Source: Fibrobacter succinogenes subsp. succinogenes S85 (GTDB taxonomy: Bacteria; Fibrobacterota; Fibrobacteria; Fibrobacterales; Fibrobacteraceae). Taken from it: a DNA stretch of 32,000 nt. Positions 24,254 through 32,000 of the stretch are shown one piece after another; the stretch's first letter is position 1; the number at the start of each line of letters is the position of its first letter. A program made the translations under genes and the position numbers. The notes under the pieces were generated by a model that was given only the letters and a program-made list of their open reading frames with translations, did no database searches and was not told the DNA's origin. The DNA is taken from positions 2,250,001 to 2,282,000 of the forward strand of contig NC_017448.1 of NCBI RefSeq assembly GCF_000146505.1. The letters run 5' to 3'.

Positions 24254-26005
24254 CTACTTCAGCAAAAACGATTTTTCGTAGACTTTGCCATTGACGTTTA
24301 ATACGCCAACGTATCTTCCGCGCGTTAAATTTACGGCATCAAACATTTCGTAATGTAGCCCTGCCGCACGACGGCCGATGTTTTGCGTTTTCACAGTGCG
24401 GCCCAGCATGTCAAGCAGCGAAAAATTCACAACTGCAGCAGACGGGATTTCAAAGCGGATTTCAATTTTTCCATTTTTGAGCAAAGCTCCGAATGAACGT
24501 TTGTTCGGAATTATCCTACTCCGTGCAATAGCAACCTTTCCGCCATTAGGATCATCATCCAGACTGTTTTCCTTAATTTTTTTTGCGATGAATTCGTCGT
24601 TAAAAGTGGGGTAAGACTTTCCTTCATCAAATTTCCAGACATTTTCATCCCACCCTACAAAAGAAGATTTCATCATCATCTCGGCAGTGGTAAGGCCTTC
24701 GCCTCCATTACTTGTTTTCATTCCCGACAGTTCTGAATCCCAATACGAATTGTCACAAGTGCAGTCACTACCAACACCAATTAACCCTCCCCAATACTCA
24801 CCATTATGTCTTCTTAGCATGGTATTCGCTGCATAGCTTGTCGAAACATTCCCTTCAGATATTTTTATCAAAGAATCTTCTGCTATCAAGTATTGTCCCG
24901 CGATGTATCCTACAAGTCCACCAACCGTTTTTTCGCCGATGATATCAGTTTGTGCATATGAGTTTTCTATAAGGCCGGTATTCGACCCTGCAATTCCGCC
25001 GATAACACGTTCGCCCTCGATTTTCCCGATGGCGTAAGAGTATTCTATCCGTCCTACATTATCTCCTGCAATTCCGCCTATTTCCATATGCAATCTATAT
25101 GAATCCATATACGCTTCAGATGGCGATACATCAAACCAGAAACTAGGCGATTTCTTCAATTCTATAGATGAAGCACAAATAGAAATAAGCCCCGTGGAAT
25201 AGCCGGCTATGCCTCCAACATATTCGACTTCAGAGGTGAGGGGAACGATCGACCCTTTAGTTTGTCCGTTGATTATGTTTCCCTTGTTGATGCCAACGAT
25301 TCCACCGATTCGTCTTTTCCGTGCTTGGATATTTACGTCAACAGTTGCGTTGATTATTTCCGCTTCTGAAACTCCGGCGATGCCGCCGACATCGTTCGTT
25401 CCTTCTATATCTCCCTGGTAAGAGACGCCATACAAGATTGCATTAACAGCATCGGTATTCGTATATGTTCCCGCTATGCCTCCAACGTGGTCTTTTCCTT
25501 GAATTTTCCCGTTTGTGACGTGGACATTCTGTATGCGCCCGTTTGAAAATCCGGCAACGCTCGCGACATATTCAGAATCCCCGAGAACTTCTATTTTGTC
25601 AAATTTCAGATTAACAATCGAACCTTTGAGTCTTGATACAAATGCTAAATTCGGCTGTGACGGGTAAAGGATATGCAAGCCACTAATGGCGTGATTTTGT
25701 CCGTTAATACTTCCCGTGAAAACGGTATCGCCTGCATCGTCTTTTTGCAAACCGATGGGCATAAAGCCATTGCAAATTTCGCCTCTGCAACTTTCGTTTT
25801 GAGAGATTGATGCATCAACATCTGTTGCTAGAACGTAATTTTTTGAATAGAGGTAAGAACCCTTGCCGATTGCTTTGAGGTCTTCATAATCGTCTATCTG
25901 GAACGGATTTTGGGTGGAACCGTCGCCTTTCATGGTTGCATTTGCGGCGTTCGCCTGAATCGCAAGCATCCCGAGTATCGCAAAAAAAGCAAATTTCATA
26001 TTCAT
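24254..26005 (-). CDS. GLUG-motif repeat protein with a T9SS-like C-terminal sorting domain
   Basis: Signal peptide MNMKFAFFAILGMLAIQANA. At least 8 GG(I/L)(A/V)G repeats (VGGIAGTYTN, VGGIAGVSE, IGGIVGINKGNI, VGGIAGYSTGLI, IGGIAGDNVGRI, IGGIAGSNTGLIENSYA, VGGLVGY). C-terminal VVNFSLLDMLGRTV...GRYVGVLNVNGKVYEKSFLLK. A GGGAGGAAAT Shine-Dalgarno site. Confidence 0.8.
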   Translation of the reverse strand: MNMKFAFFAILGMLAIQANAANATMKGDGSTQNPFQIDDYEDLKAIGKGSYLYSKNYVLATDVDASISQNESCRGEICNGFMPIGLQKDDAGDTVFTGSINGQNHAISGLHILYPSQPNLAFVSRLKGSIVNLKFDKIEVLGDSEYVASVAGFSNGRIQNVHVTNGKIQGKDHVGGIAGTYTNTDAVNAILYGVSYQGDIEGTNDVGGIAGVSEAEIINATVDVNIQARKRRIGGIVGINKGNIINGQTKGSIVPLTSEVEYVGGIAGYSTGLISICASSIELKKSPSFWFDVSPSEAYMDSYRLHMEIGGIAGDNVGRIEYSYAIGKIEGERVIGGIAGSNTGLIENSYAQTDIIGEKTVGGLVGYIAGQYLIAEDSLIKISEGNVSTSYAANTMLRRHNGEYWGGLIGVGSDCTCDNSYWDSELSGMKTSNGGEGLTTAEMMMKSSFVGWDENVWKFDEGKSYPTFNDEFIAKKIKENSLDDDPNGGKVAIARSRIIPNKRSFGALLKNGKIEIRFEIPSAAVVNFSLLDMLGRTVKTQNIGRRAAGLHYEMFDAVNLTRGRYVGVLNVNGKVYEKSFLLK

Positions 26006-26098
26006 ATTTCCTCCCTATTCTACTTTATAAAAAGTTAGCAAAAAACATCGTGTCAACAAAATAGACCCGATGTTGCAGTATAAATGAAGTGGTTGTTT

Positions 26099-27073
26099 TT
26101 AAAATTCCGGCGCCTTGAAATGCCCGTAAAGTTCGCGACCGTCAAATACCCAGACGACTGCTTTTTTGCCTTCCAAAAAGCTCTCTTTGCCTTTGAACAT
26201 TTGCGGGCCGATGTTGCCACCGCCGACTTTGCTGATGGAATATGTTTCGACGCTTGTCGCTGCTGCGATGTATGCGCCGATTTGCGCTCCGTAAGATTTG
26301 CCCTGGCCGACGTTACTATCGCCGATGACGACGATGGGTGCTTTTTTGGAACCGCGATACTTGTAGCCGTCGGTGCCTAAAACTTTTTGTTCTTTTATTT
26401 TGTACTCAATTTCGTTGCCATGGAGCAAATCGTAGAGGTTCCCGGTGCCATCGACAATGGTATCGCGCATCGGGTAGCGCTTACGGTTCATGCCGTAGAG
26501 GAGCGGTGCAATAGAATCTGCCGCCATGTTGGCGAGCACGAGTCTTGCGGGGCCTGTGCAGTGGCTTTCGTACGGCTCGAACATGGGCGTTTCGGTGCCG
26601 AGTTTTTTGTGGAGGTCCTTGAGGTTTTCAAGCGCATCGATGACGGTCACGTTGTGCTTGCGGAGCTTGTCGACCCATTTCTTGTATTGCGGGAGTTTGA
26701 TTCCTTTTTTTGCCTTGTCGGAATACTGCTCAGGGACGACTAAGAGTTTATCGGGAACTGGTACGACAATGAGCTTGATGCCACGCGCTTCGAGAGAGTC
26801 CTTGAAGGCGATGATTTGCGGCGTGTTGTCATTCCAGCGCTTGGTGGCATTCAGCAGGCTTTCTTGCAAAAAGAGCCAGCCGTCCTTGCCTTCGACAACG
26901 CAAGTGACTTCTTCGGTGGTGCTGCCGCATTTCTTCATATCGCGCGTCATCTGCTTCTGGAGTTCGGATGCGGCGTTTGCCTGTGCGGGCCACAAAGTGC
27001 ATAAAGCGAAAAGCGCCACGAGGGCGCTCTTCGTTACTTTAAGCCATTTGCAGACGGATGATTTTCTAATCAC
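26099..27073 (-). CDS. AlgJ/AlgX-like SGNH-fold protein (polysaccharide O-acetylation family), secreted
   Basis: Signal peptide ...ALVALFALCTLWPAQANA, then EGKDGWLFL near the N-terminus, VVPVPDK, and YESHCTGPARLV at the position of the DxHW(T) motif. The GTG start at 27073 is uncertain. Confidence 0.6.
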   Translation of the reverse strand: MIRKSSVCKWLKVTKSALVALFALCTLWPAQANAASELQKQMTRDMKKCGSTTEEVTCVVEGKDGWLFLQESLLNATKRWNDNTPQIIAFKDSLEARGIKLIVVPVPDKLLVVPEQYSDKAKKGIKLPQYKKWVDKLRKHNVTVIDALENLKDLHKKLGTETPMFEPYESHCTGPARLVLANMAADSIAPLLYGMNRKRYPMRDTIVDGTGNLYDLLHGNEIEYKIKEQKVLGTDGYKYRGSKKAPIVVIGDSNVGQGKSYGAQIGAYIAAATSVETYSISKVGGGNIGPQMFKGKESFLEGKKAVVWVFDGRELYGHFKAPEF

Positions 27074-27108
27074 TAACCACCAACCACTGTTTACTAACCA
27101 CTAGGTTA
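27067..27108. repeat. Heptamer-periodic tract (TAATCAC)(TAACCAC)(CAACCAC)(TGTTTAC)(TAACCAC)(TAGGTTA)
   Basis: Read directly. Fills the folD-stop to next-gene-start gap and overlaps the putative GTG start. Related to the tract at 14222-14263. Confidence 0.7.
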
Positions 27109-27945
27109 CTTGATCAACGATTCTCCGGATTCCACGCTCTGGTAGATGAGGGTGTTGATGGTCATCGGGCCGACACCGCCCGGAACCGGGGTGTATGCGG
27201 ATGCGACTTCTTCAAGACCCTTTTCGATATCGCCGACGCCGCCCGGATGGTAACCTGCGTCCACGACGACTGCACCCGGCTTGATCCAGGACTTCTTGAT
27301 GAATTCCGGCTTGCCGACTGCACCCACGAGAATGTCTGCCTGCTTCACGAATTCCGGAAGGTTTTCGGTCTTGCTGTGGCAAATGGTCACGGTGCAGTTC
27401 GCGTTGAGGAGCATCATGGCCATCGGCTTTCCGAGGATGGCGCTGCGGCCAACGACCACGGCGTGCTTGCCAGAAAGCGGAATGTTGTAAGCCTTGAGGA
27501 GACGCATGATGCCGGCTGGCGTTGCGCAGCCGTAAGCACGCTCGCCCATGGACATGCGACCAAAGCCGAGGCAGGTCACACCGTCTACGTCCTTGCGGGC
27601 GTCAATAGCTTCGAATGCGGCTCGTTCGTCAATGTGGCGCGGAACCGGGTGCTGCAAAAGGATGCCATGCACGTTCGGGTTTTCGTTGAGTTCCTGAATC
27701 TTGTTGAGGAGCTCTTCGGTCGTGGTGTTCTTGTCCATCACCACGCGGATGCTTTCCATACCGACGCGAGCGCAGGCGTTGCCTTTCATCTTGACGTAAG
27801 TGGCGCTAGCCGGATCGTCGCCCACGAGGATCGTTGCAAGAATCGGGGTCTTGCCGGTCTTTTCCTTGAGGCTCGCCACGCGGGCGCTGAGTTCTTCTTC
27901 AGTAGTCTTGGCAAGAGCCTTGCCATCGAGAATGAGTGCTGCCAT
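27106..27945 (-). CDS. folD: Bifunctional methylenetetrahydrofolate dehydrogenase / methenyl-THF cyclohydrolase
   Basis: ILDGKALA..., [52 protein letters not shown]. Confidence 0.93.
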   Translation of the reverse strand: MAALILDGKALAKTTEEELSARVASLKEKTGKTPILATILVGDDPASATYVKMKGNACARVGMESIRVVMDKNTTTEELLNKIQELNENPNVHGILLQHPVPRHIDERAAFEAIDARKDVDGVTCLGFGRMSMGERAYGCATPAGIMRLLKAYNIPLSGKHAVVVGRSAILGKPMAMMLLNANCTVTICHSKTENLPEFVKQADILVGAVGKPEFIKKSWIKPGAVVVDAGYHPGGVGDIEKGLEEVASAYTPVPGGVGPMTINTLIYQSVESGESLIK

Positions 27946-27960
27946 AAAATCTCCGTTTTT

Positions 27961-27981
27961 CCCAAATTTAAAAAATTTGGG
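27961..27981. promoter_or_regulatory. Perfect palindrome CCCAAATTT-AAA-AAATTTGGG in the folD upstream region (contains TAAATTTG on the folD strand)
   Basis: Read directly: 9-bp arms and a 3-nt spacer. The TAAATTTG box (27963-27970, minus strand) lies 17 nt upstream of the folD ATG, with a GGAG Shine-Dalgarno site between them. Confidence 0.5.
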
Positions 27982-28007
27982 CTTATCGCTAAAGGGATTT
28001 TTTCTTT

Positions 28008-28036
28008 AAAAAAGCAAAGCCCGCTTGAGGGCGGGC
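28008..28036 (-). terminator. Rho-independent terminator of the 83-aa gene
   Basis: GCCCGC-N6-GCGGGC stem. On the minus strand it is followed by TTTGCTTTTTT. Confidence 0.7.
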
Positions 28037-28064
28037 GTTTCGGAGTTAAAGTATGAACTTTAAA

Positions 28065-28316
28065 TTACAGATTTTCGATGATTGACGGGATGATGACGCT
28101 TACGATTGCCCACGGATAGGAGAGGGCTCCCTTAAGCCAGCCGGTCGAGGAGTAAACAGGTTCAGGTTTCTTGAAGAACTTGAGCTCGTTACTGTTTTTT
28201 AACGTGGATTCTGCGACAACTTTACCTAAGGAGTCTTTAACGTTATCAATAGACTCATCAAACAGCCTTTTCTGGGCTGCAGCAGAATCAATATAACACT
28301 TAAAGCTGTTTTTCAT
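28065..28316 (-). CDS. Small hypothetical protein with a C-terminal hydrophobic segment
   Basis: An AAAGGAAAA Shine-Dalgarno site 7 nt upstream of the ATG. The C-terminal segment is YPWAIVSVIIPSII. It has its own terminator. No family recognised. Confidence 0.45.
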   Translation of the reverse strand: MKNSFKCYIDSAAAQKRLFDESIDNVKDSLGKVVAESTLKNSNELKFFKKPEPVYSSTGWLKGALSYPWAIVSVIIPSIIENL

Positions 28317-28488
28317 TGTAAATTTTCCTTTCAGCGGTAAGATAGCAAAAAAGTAAGTTTTTTTAAAGGGGTAGTGTGTGATTTTCTTTACATTTATAGT
28401 AAATTAGAGATAATGCTCACATTTTTTCCCGTTTTTGGGCTAAAAAAAGTATTTTTAAGGGGCGTAATTCAGTATCGGATCTGATTTT

Positions 28489-29304
28489 ATGAAATTTTTT
28501 CGTTGTTTACCAGTAATTTTTATTGGGGGAGCTCTTGTGGCATGCGGTGGCAGTAAACCTGCTCCTGCTGTTGATTTGACCCCTGTTCCTGCACCTGTGG
28601 AGCCCGAAAAAGTCTCTACGGCTCCCGAGTTGACGCCTGTGCCGGAACCTAGCGAGGTTCATGAACAGAAAGTGTTCCTAGACAATGCTGTTGACCGCTA
28701 CAGCTATGCGTTGGGTGTTGACTTTGGCAGGGCTCTTTCCAATATCAATGTGCCTGTAAAGCTTGATGTCCTCATTGATGCCATGAAAGATGTACTCGAT
28801 TCCAGCCGTGAAATCCTTATGTCGGATTCTATGTCCGAGGCTGCCCTTCAGGACTTGCTGAACCAGATGCAAATCCAGAAGGATGTCGACGAGGCCGCTG
28901 CGGCACGCAAGGCGCTTAGCGACCAGGCGGCTTTCCTTTCAAAAAATATCCAGGATCCGAGAATCTGGGTTACAAAAAAAGGCGTGCAGTACCTGATGCT
29001 CAAGGAAGGGACGGGCATTAAGCCTAAGCTGACCGACAAGGTGCAGGTGCATTATGTGGGTACGCTTCTCAATGGTACGGAATTTGACAGTAGCATCAAG
29101 CGTGGTGCGCCGATGGAATTCCCGGTGACCTCCGTAATTGAAGGCTGGCAGGACCTGCTCCTGGAAATGAAGGTCGGCGAGAAGGTAAGGGCCTGGATCC
29201 CGAGTGCGCTTGCTTATGGCGAGGCGGGTGCTCCGCCATCAATTCCGCCTAACGCGCTCCTTGTTTTCGAGGTGGAGCTGCTGCAGGTTTTCCCGGCGAA
29301 GTAA
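28489..29304 (+). CDS. FKBP-type peptidyl-prolyl cis-trans isomerase (FkpA/Mip-like), lipoprotein
   Basis: Lipobox GGALVAC. An N-terminal dimerisation-type region (YSYALGVDFG). The FKBP core is VQVHYVGTLLNGTEFDSS...VIEGWQDLLLEMKVGEK...IPSALAYGE...PPNALLVFEVELL. Confidence 0.9.
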   Translation: MKFFRCLPVIFIGGALVACGGSKPAPAVDLTPVPAPVEPEKVSTAPELTPVPEPSEVHEQKVFLDNAVDRYSYALGVDFGRALSNINVPVKLDVLIDAMKDVLDSSREILMSDSMSEAALQDLLNQMQIQKDVDEAAAARKALSDQAAFLSKNIQDPRIWVTKKGVQYLMLKEGTGIKPKLTDKVQVHYVGTLLNGTEFDSSIKRGAPMEFPVTSVIEGWQDLLLEMKVGEKVRAWIPSALAYGEAGAPPSIPPNALLVFEVELLQVFPAK

Positions 29305-29328
29305 AAATGCCAAATATTTGTTCAAATG

Positions 29329-29356
29329 GCGAAGGATGTTCTGTCCTTCGCTTTTT
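29329..29356 (+). terminator. Rho-independent terminator
   Basis: GCGAAGGA-N7-TCCTTCGC perfect stem followed by TTTTT. Confidence 0.8.
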
Positions 29357-29363
29357 GTGTTGC

Positions 29364-29371
29364 TACTTTTT
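29364..29371 (+). promoter_or_regulatory. TAnnTTT-type box (TACTTTTT) 5 nt upstream of the argA ATG
   Basis: The plus strand reads TACTTTTT-AAGCC-ATG, directly after the terminator. Confidence 0.3.
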
Positions 29372-29376
29372 AAGCC

Positions 29377-30732
29377 ATGAGTACAGCGTCTGATTTTTAT
29401 TCTCAGCACTTCGAAGTTGCCGGGTTCATCCGGGAAGTGTTTGGCTACATGGATAGGTTCAAGGGCCAGCTTTTCGTCTTGAAGATTGACGATAGCCTGA
29501 TGGACCATCCGATGTTCCCCGTGCTGATGCGCGATATCGCCCTTTTGCATAAGGCGGGCATTCGCATCATTATCGTGCCTGGCACGCGAAATAGCATCGA
29601 CGCTCAGCTCAAGGCCTGGGACCTTGAGACGGAATTCCATAATGGCGTAAGACTCACGAACGAGGAAGCGCTCCCGCTTGTGGAACAGGCTTCCTTGGGT
29701 GTGGCACAGCGCATCATGAGCCATCTCACGGCGAGCGGTCTCAGCGGTATTCAGGGCAACTGGATTTTGGCACGCAGCATGGGTGTCATCAACGGTATTG
29801 ACTACATGCGCACTGGTCGCATAGAACGCATCCAGCGCGACCTGCTCGAACAACTCATGAACGAGAAGTTCGTGCCGATCATCCCGCCGATTGGCTGGAA
29901 CAAGATTGGACGCGCCTACAATATTTCAAGTACGGAACTTGCTACCGAACTTTGCAAGTACCTTAAAGTCGGAAAGCTCTTCTTTATCGGAAGCGAAAGC
30001 GGCATCAAGCTTGAAGGTCTTGTAACGGGCAAGAATACGAAGCACCTGGAACCGACCGACAATGGGCTTATTTCGGCAATGGATGTGGACCAGGCAAAGG
30101 AACTTCTGGAGCTCAACTCCGATGTACTAGACTTTGCGCAGATGGATTATTTGATGAACGCCATCCATGCATGCGAAGCGGGTGCGAACCGTGTGCATTT
30201 GCTCAGCGGTGAATTCCAGGGTAGCGTGCTGCAGGAAGTGTTCTCGGCCCGCGGTGACGGAACCATGGTGTACGCAAACCAGTACTCCAGTATCCGCCCG
30301 GCAACGATTGAAGACATCCCGGATATCTTACGCATCATGCAGGATTACATCGCGAAGGGCTATCTTGTACCGCGTACGCAGGATTCCATCTCCGAAAAAT
30401 TGGAAGATTACGTTGTCTATAGCATTGACAACAGCATCCATGGCTGTGGCGCACTCCATGCCTTCGAAGACGGCATGGCCGAAGTTGCGGGAATTGCAGT
30501 CGGTGCGAACTACCGCAAGTCCGGCATTGGCGAAGCCATCGTGCGCCACCTGATTTCACTGGGTCGCATGAAGGGCTACAAGACTTTGTTCTTGCTCACG
30601 ACGCTGGCTCTCGATTGGTTCTACCAGCTTGGATTTGAAGATGGTACTGTTGAAGAATTGCCGAAGAGCAAACGCGAGCATTACAATCAGAAACGTAAGT
30701 CTAGAATCTTGATGCTACCATTGAACAAGTAA
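29377..30732 (+). CDS. argA: Amino-acid N-acetyltransferase (N-acetylglutamate synthase; amino-acid-kinase fold plus GNAT)
   Basis: Collinear with my recollection of E. coli ArgA: GIRIIIVPGTR, GIDYMRTGRIERI, VHLLSG...LQEVFSARGDGT, GNAT region IAVGANYRKSGIGEAIV...LFLLTT...WFYQLGF, and terminal YNQKRKSRILM. Confidence 0.9.
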   Translation: MSTASDFYSQHFEVAGFIREVFGYMDRFKGQLFVLKIDDSLMDHPMFPVLMRDIALLHKAGIRIIIVPGTRNSIDAQLKAWDLETEFHNGVRLTNEEALPLVEQASLGVAQRIMSHLTASGLSGIQGNWILARSMGVINGIDYMRTGRIERIQRDLLEQLMNEKFVPIIPPIGWNKIGRAYNISSTELATELCKYLKVGKLFFIGSESGIKLEGLVTGKNTKHLEPTDNGLISAMDVDQAKELLELNSDVLDFAQMDYLMNAIHACEAGANRVHLLSGEFQGSVLQEVFSARGDGTMVYANQYSSIRPATIEDIPDILRIMQDYIAKGYLVPRTQDSISEKLEDYVVYSIDNSIHGCGALHAFEDGMAEVAGIAVGANYRKSGIGEAIVRHLISLGRMKGYKTLFLLTTLALDWFYQLGFEDGTVEELPKSKREHYNQKRKSRILMLPLNK

Positions 30733-30749
30733 TTCGCGCGCATTTATAA

Positions 30750-30821
30750 ACGGTGAACATTTCGTTTATTGTCACCGTCTTTTAACATTTCATCCGGCCA
30801 TTAGGCCGGATTATCTTTTTT
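30750..30821 (+). terminator. Two tandem hairpin terminators after argA
   Basis: ACGGTGA...TCACCGT (30750-30778) followed by CTTTT, then TCCGGCC-ATTA-GGCCGGA (30793-30810) followed by TTATCTTTTTT. Confidence 0.7.
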
Positions 30822-30877
30822 ATATACTCTGTTCTAAATAGAGTTTGTATATTTACAGAAAATAGGGAGAAGTGAAA

Positions 30878-32000
30878 ATGAAAAATGCGGCACTTGCGCT
30901 GCTGTTTGTGTTTTGGGGCTTGATGGCGTGCTCTGATGCCGGTAACGATGGCGGAGAAATCCTTGTCCGTTACGATGAAGATGGGATGAAATTTTCCCCG
31001 ACGGAAATAGATGGCATTGTGGGTTACATGCCCTTGATGAAGGCGGAGTCTGTCAGAATTGTAACTGTCGATGCGTCGCTTAACCCGGTGGATTCTTTTG
31101 AAGTGCCGATAGATTCTCTGGAATGGGGTTCTGATGGATTCAAGGTAGATTCTCGTGACTATGAATATCCGTATGTGAAGCTTGTGACGATTTTTCCGTT
31201 AGGGGAAAACGGGAAAATGGAGTTCCCGCAGTATTTAAACTTGCTGACGTATAATTCAAATATCTTTTTGCAGTTTTATGGTGCCGTGATTTCTGGGCGT
31301 GTTGAAACGCTTGTTCGTGATAAGGGCTTTCGCCTACGCGATGCCAAAAAAAAGGCTTACAAGGAACTTGAAGAAGCGTTGGGAACATCTATTGGTAGTC
31401 CTGATAGTAGAGCCTTTTACGATCGCGATGATTATGGAAGGCCGGGACTTTGGGATTTATGGATTTACCTCCTTTGCAGACATGAAATTTCGGATAGCTT
31501 GTTCTATAGCGATTTCAAGGAACTGCGGGATTCCTTTGCTAAGGAAGGGACGATTAGTGCTTCTATAAAGGCACGAGCAGGCGATGCCTGGCTTTCTACT
31601 TTTAAGATTTCGGCGGATTCTACGGAGCGTGATCTTTTTAAGAGCACAAGTCGCGATACCTCTTTAATTCTGCAACGTTTGGATACGGCGTTCTTTAAAT
31701 GGGCGTATGGGATTGAGAATGCCTGGAAAGATTCTGTCAAGATTGAAAATGAGCATAGCGAATACAATGGTCGTATGTTTGTCTATGAGGAACGGTGCAA
31801 CTTGAGTTCTTGCGGATGGCGCCTGAAGGCTCCGCTTGAAGAAAAAATTGGCGCCTGTCTGTATGACAGGAGTCGTTATGCGGAGCTTGATGGAGTCTCT
31901 TATGTGTGCCGCAATGAGTCGTTTGTGTGGGTGCCTGTGAGCGATGTGGATACTATTTTGAAACACAAGTACAGCCGTTGCGAGGAAAAAGCTTATGGAC
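30878..32000 (+). CDS. Hypothetical lipoprotein, 5' portion (ORF open to the right window edge; absent from the supplied track)
   Basis: A GGGAGAAG Shine-Dalgarno site, then ATG 30878. Lipobox MKNAALALLFVFWGLMAC. I translated the frame by hand to nt 31999 without meeting a stop (…KHKYSRCEEKAYG). No family recognised. Confidence 0.7.
   Translation, partial: MKNAALALLFVFWGLMACSDAGNDGGEILVRYDEDGMKFSPTEIDGIVGYMPLMKAESVRIVTVDASLNPVDSFEVPIDSLEWGSDGFKVDSRDYEYPYVKLVTIFPLGENGKMEFPQYLNLLTYNSNIFLQFYGAVISGRVETLVRDKGFRLRDAKKKAYKELEEALGTSIGSPDSRAFYDRDDYGRPGLWDLWIYLLCRHEISDSLFYSDFKELRDSFAKEGTISASIKARAGDAWLSTFKISADSTERDLFKSTSRDTSLILQRLDTAFFKWAYGIENAWKDSVKIENEHSEYNGRMFVYEERCNLSSCGWRLKAPLEEKIGACLYDRSRYAELDGVSYVCRNESFVWVPVSDVDTILKHKYSRCEEKAYG

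Noticed and set aside
27247-28056. 269-aa plus-strand ORF
   Set aside because: It is antisense to folD and runs through the folD promoter and a terminator.
1-32000. Prophage, integrative element, IS, toxin-antitoxin pair or CRISPR-Cas locus
   Set aside because: I found no integrase, transposase, capsid or terminase, cas or typical small TA gene pairs in any frame. No tRNA or long direct repeats mark island borders.

Overview
This 32-kb chromosomal segment looks like Fibrobacter, probably F. succinogenes-like. The evidence is a lipoprotein with the Fibrobacter succinogenes major paralogous (FISUMP) domain, two large secreted proteins whose C-termini resemble FCB-group T9SS sorting domains, and Bacteroidetes-style TAnnTTTG promoter boxes. 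I can support about 26 protein genes, most of them housekeeping: two ABC-F ATPases (one Uup-like), aroC-lpxK, reverse rubrerythrin plus a PerR-like Fur regulator, TrkH/TrkA-type K+ uptake, an isolated nuoA, an Omp85-like barrel, ackA, a PAP2 phosphatase, a histidine phosphatase, folD, an FKBP isomerase and argA. I saw no rRNA, tRNA, CRISPR array, transposase or integrase. The six-frame track omits two ORFs that run off the window edges (2..286 and 30878..32000), and several long listed ORFs are antisense shadows or over-extended N-termini. Five things deserve a second look. (1) A short stand-alone SIR2_2-type (defence-sirtuin-like) protein sits behind a PAP2 and histidine-phosphatase pair, with none of the partners known from described SIR2 systems. 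(2) A RavA-like AAA+ gene has degenerate Walker A/B motifs and is split by a +1 frame change at an A8 run. It is followed by a membrane protein with a possible SLT-like domain that lacks the catalytic Glu. (3) Two families of heptamer-periodic intergenic arrays occur; the CTAAGTT family places stop codons in all six frames and lies directly upstream of promoters. (4) TAnnTTT[G/A/T] boxes lie only 4-8 nt from the start codons of about 8 genes, which implies leaderless mRNAs alongside genes with classic Shine-Dalgarno sites. (5) A PerR-box-like palindrome overlaps the rubrerythrin promoter. All calls come from reading the sequence and recalling family motifs. I ran no searches or statistics.
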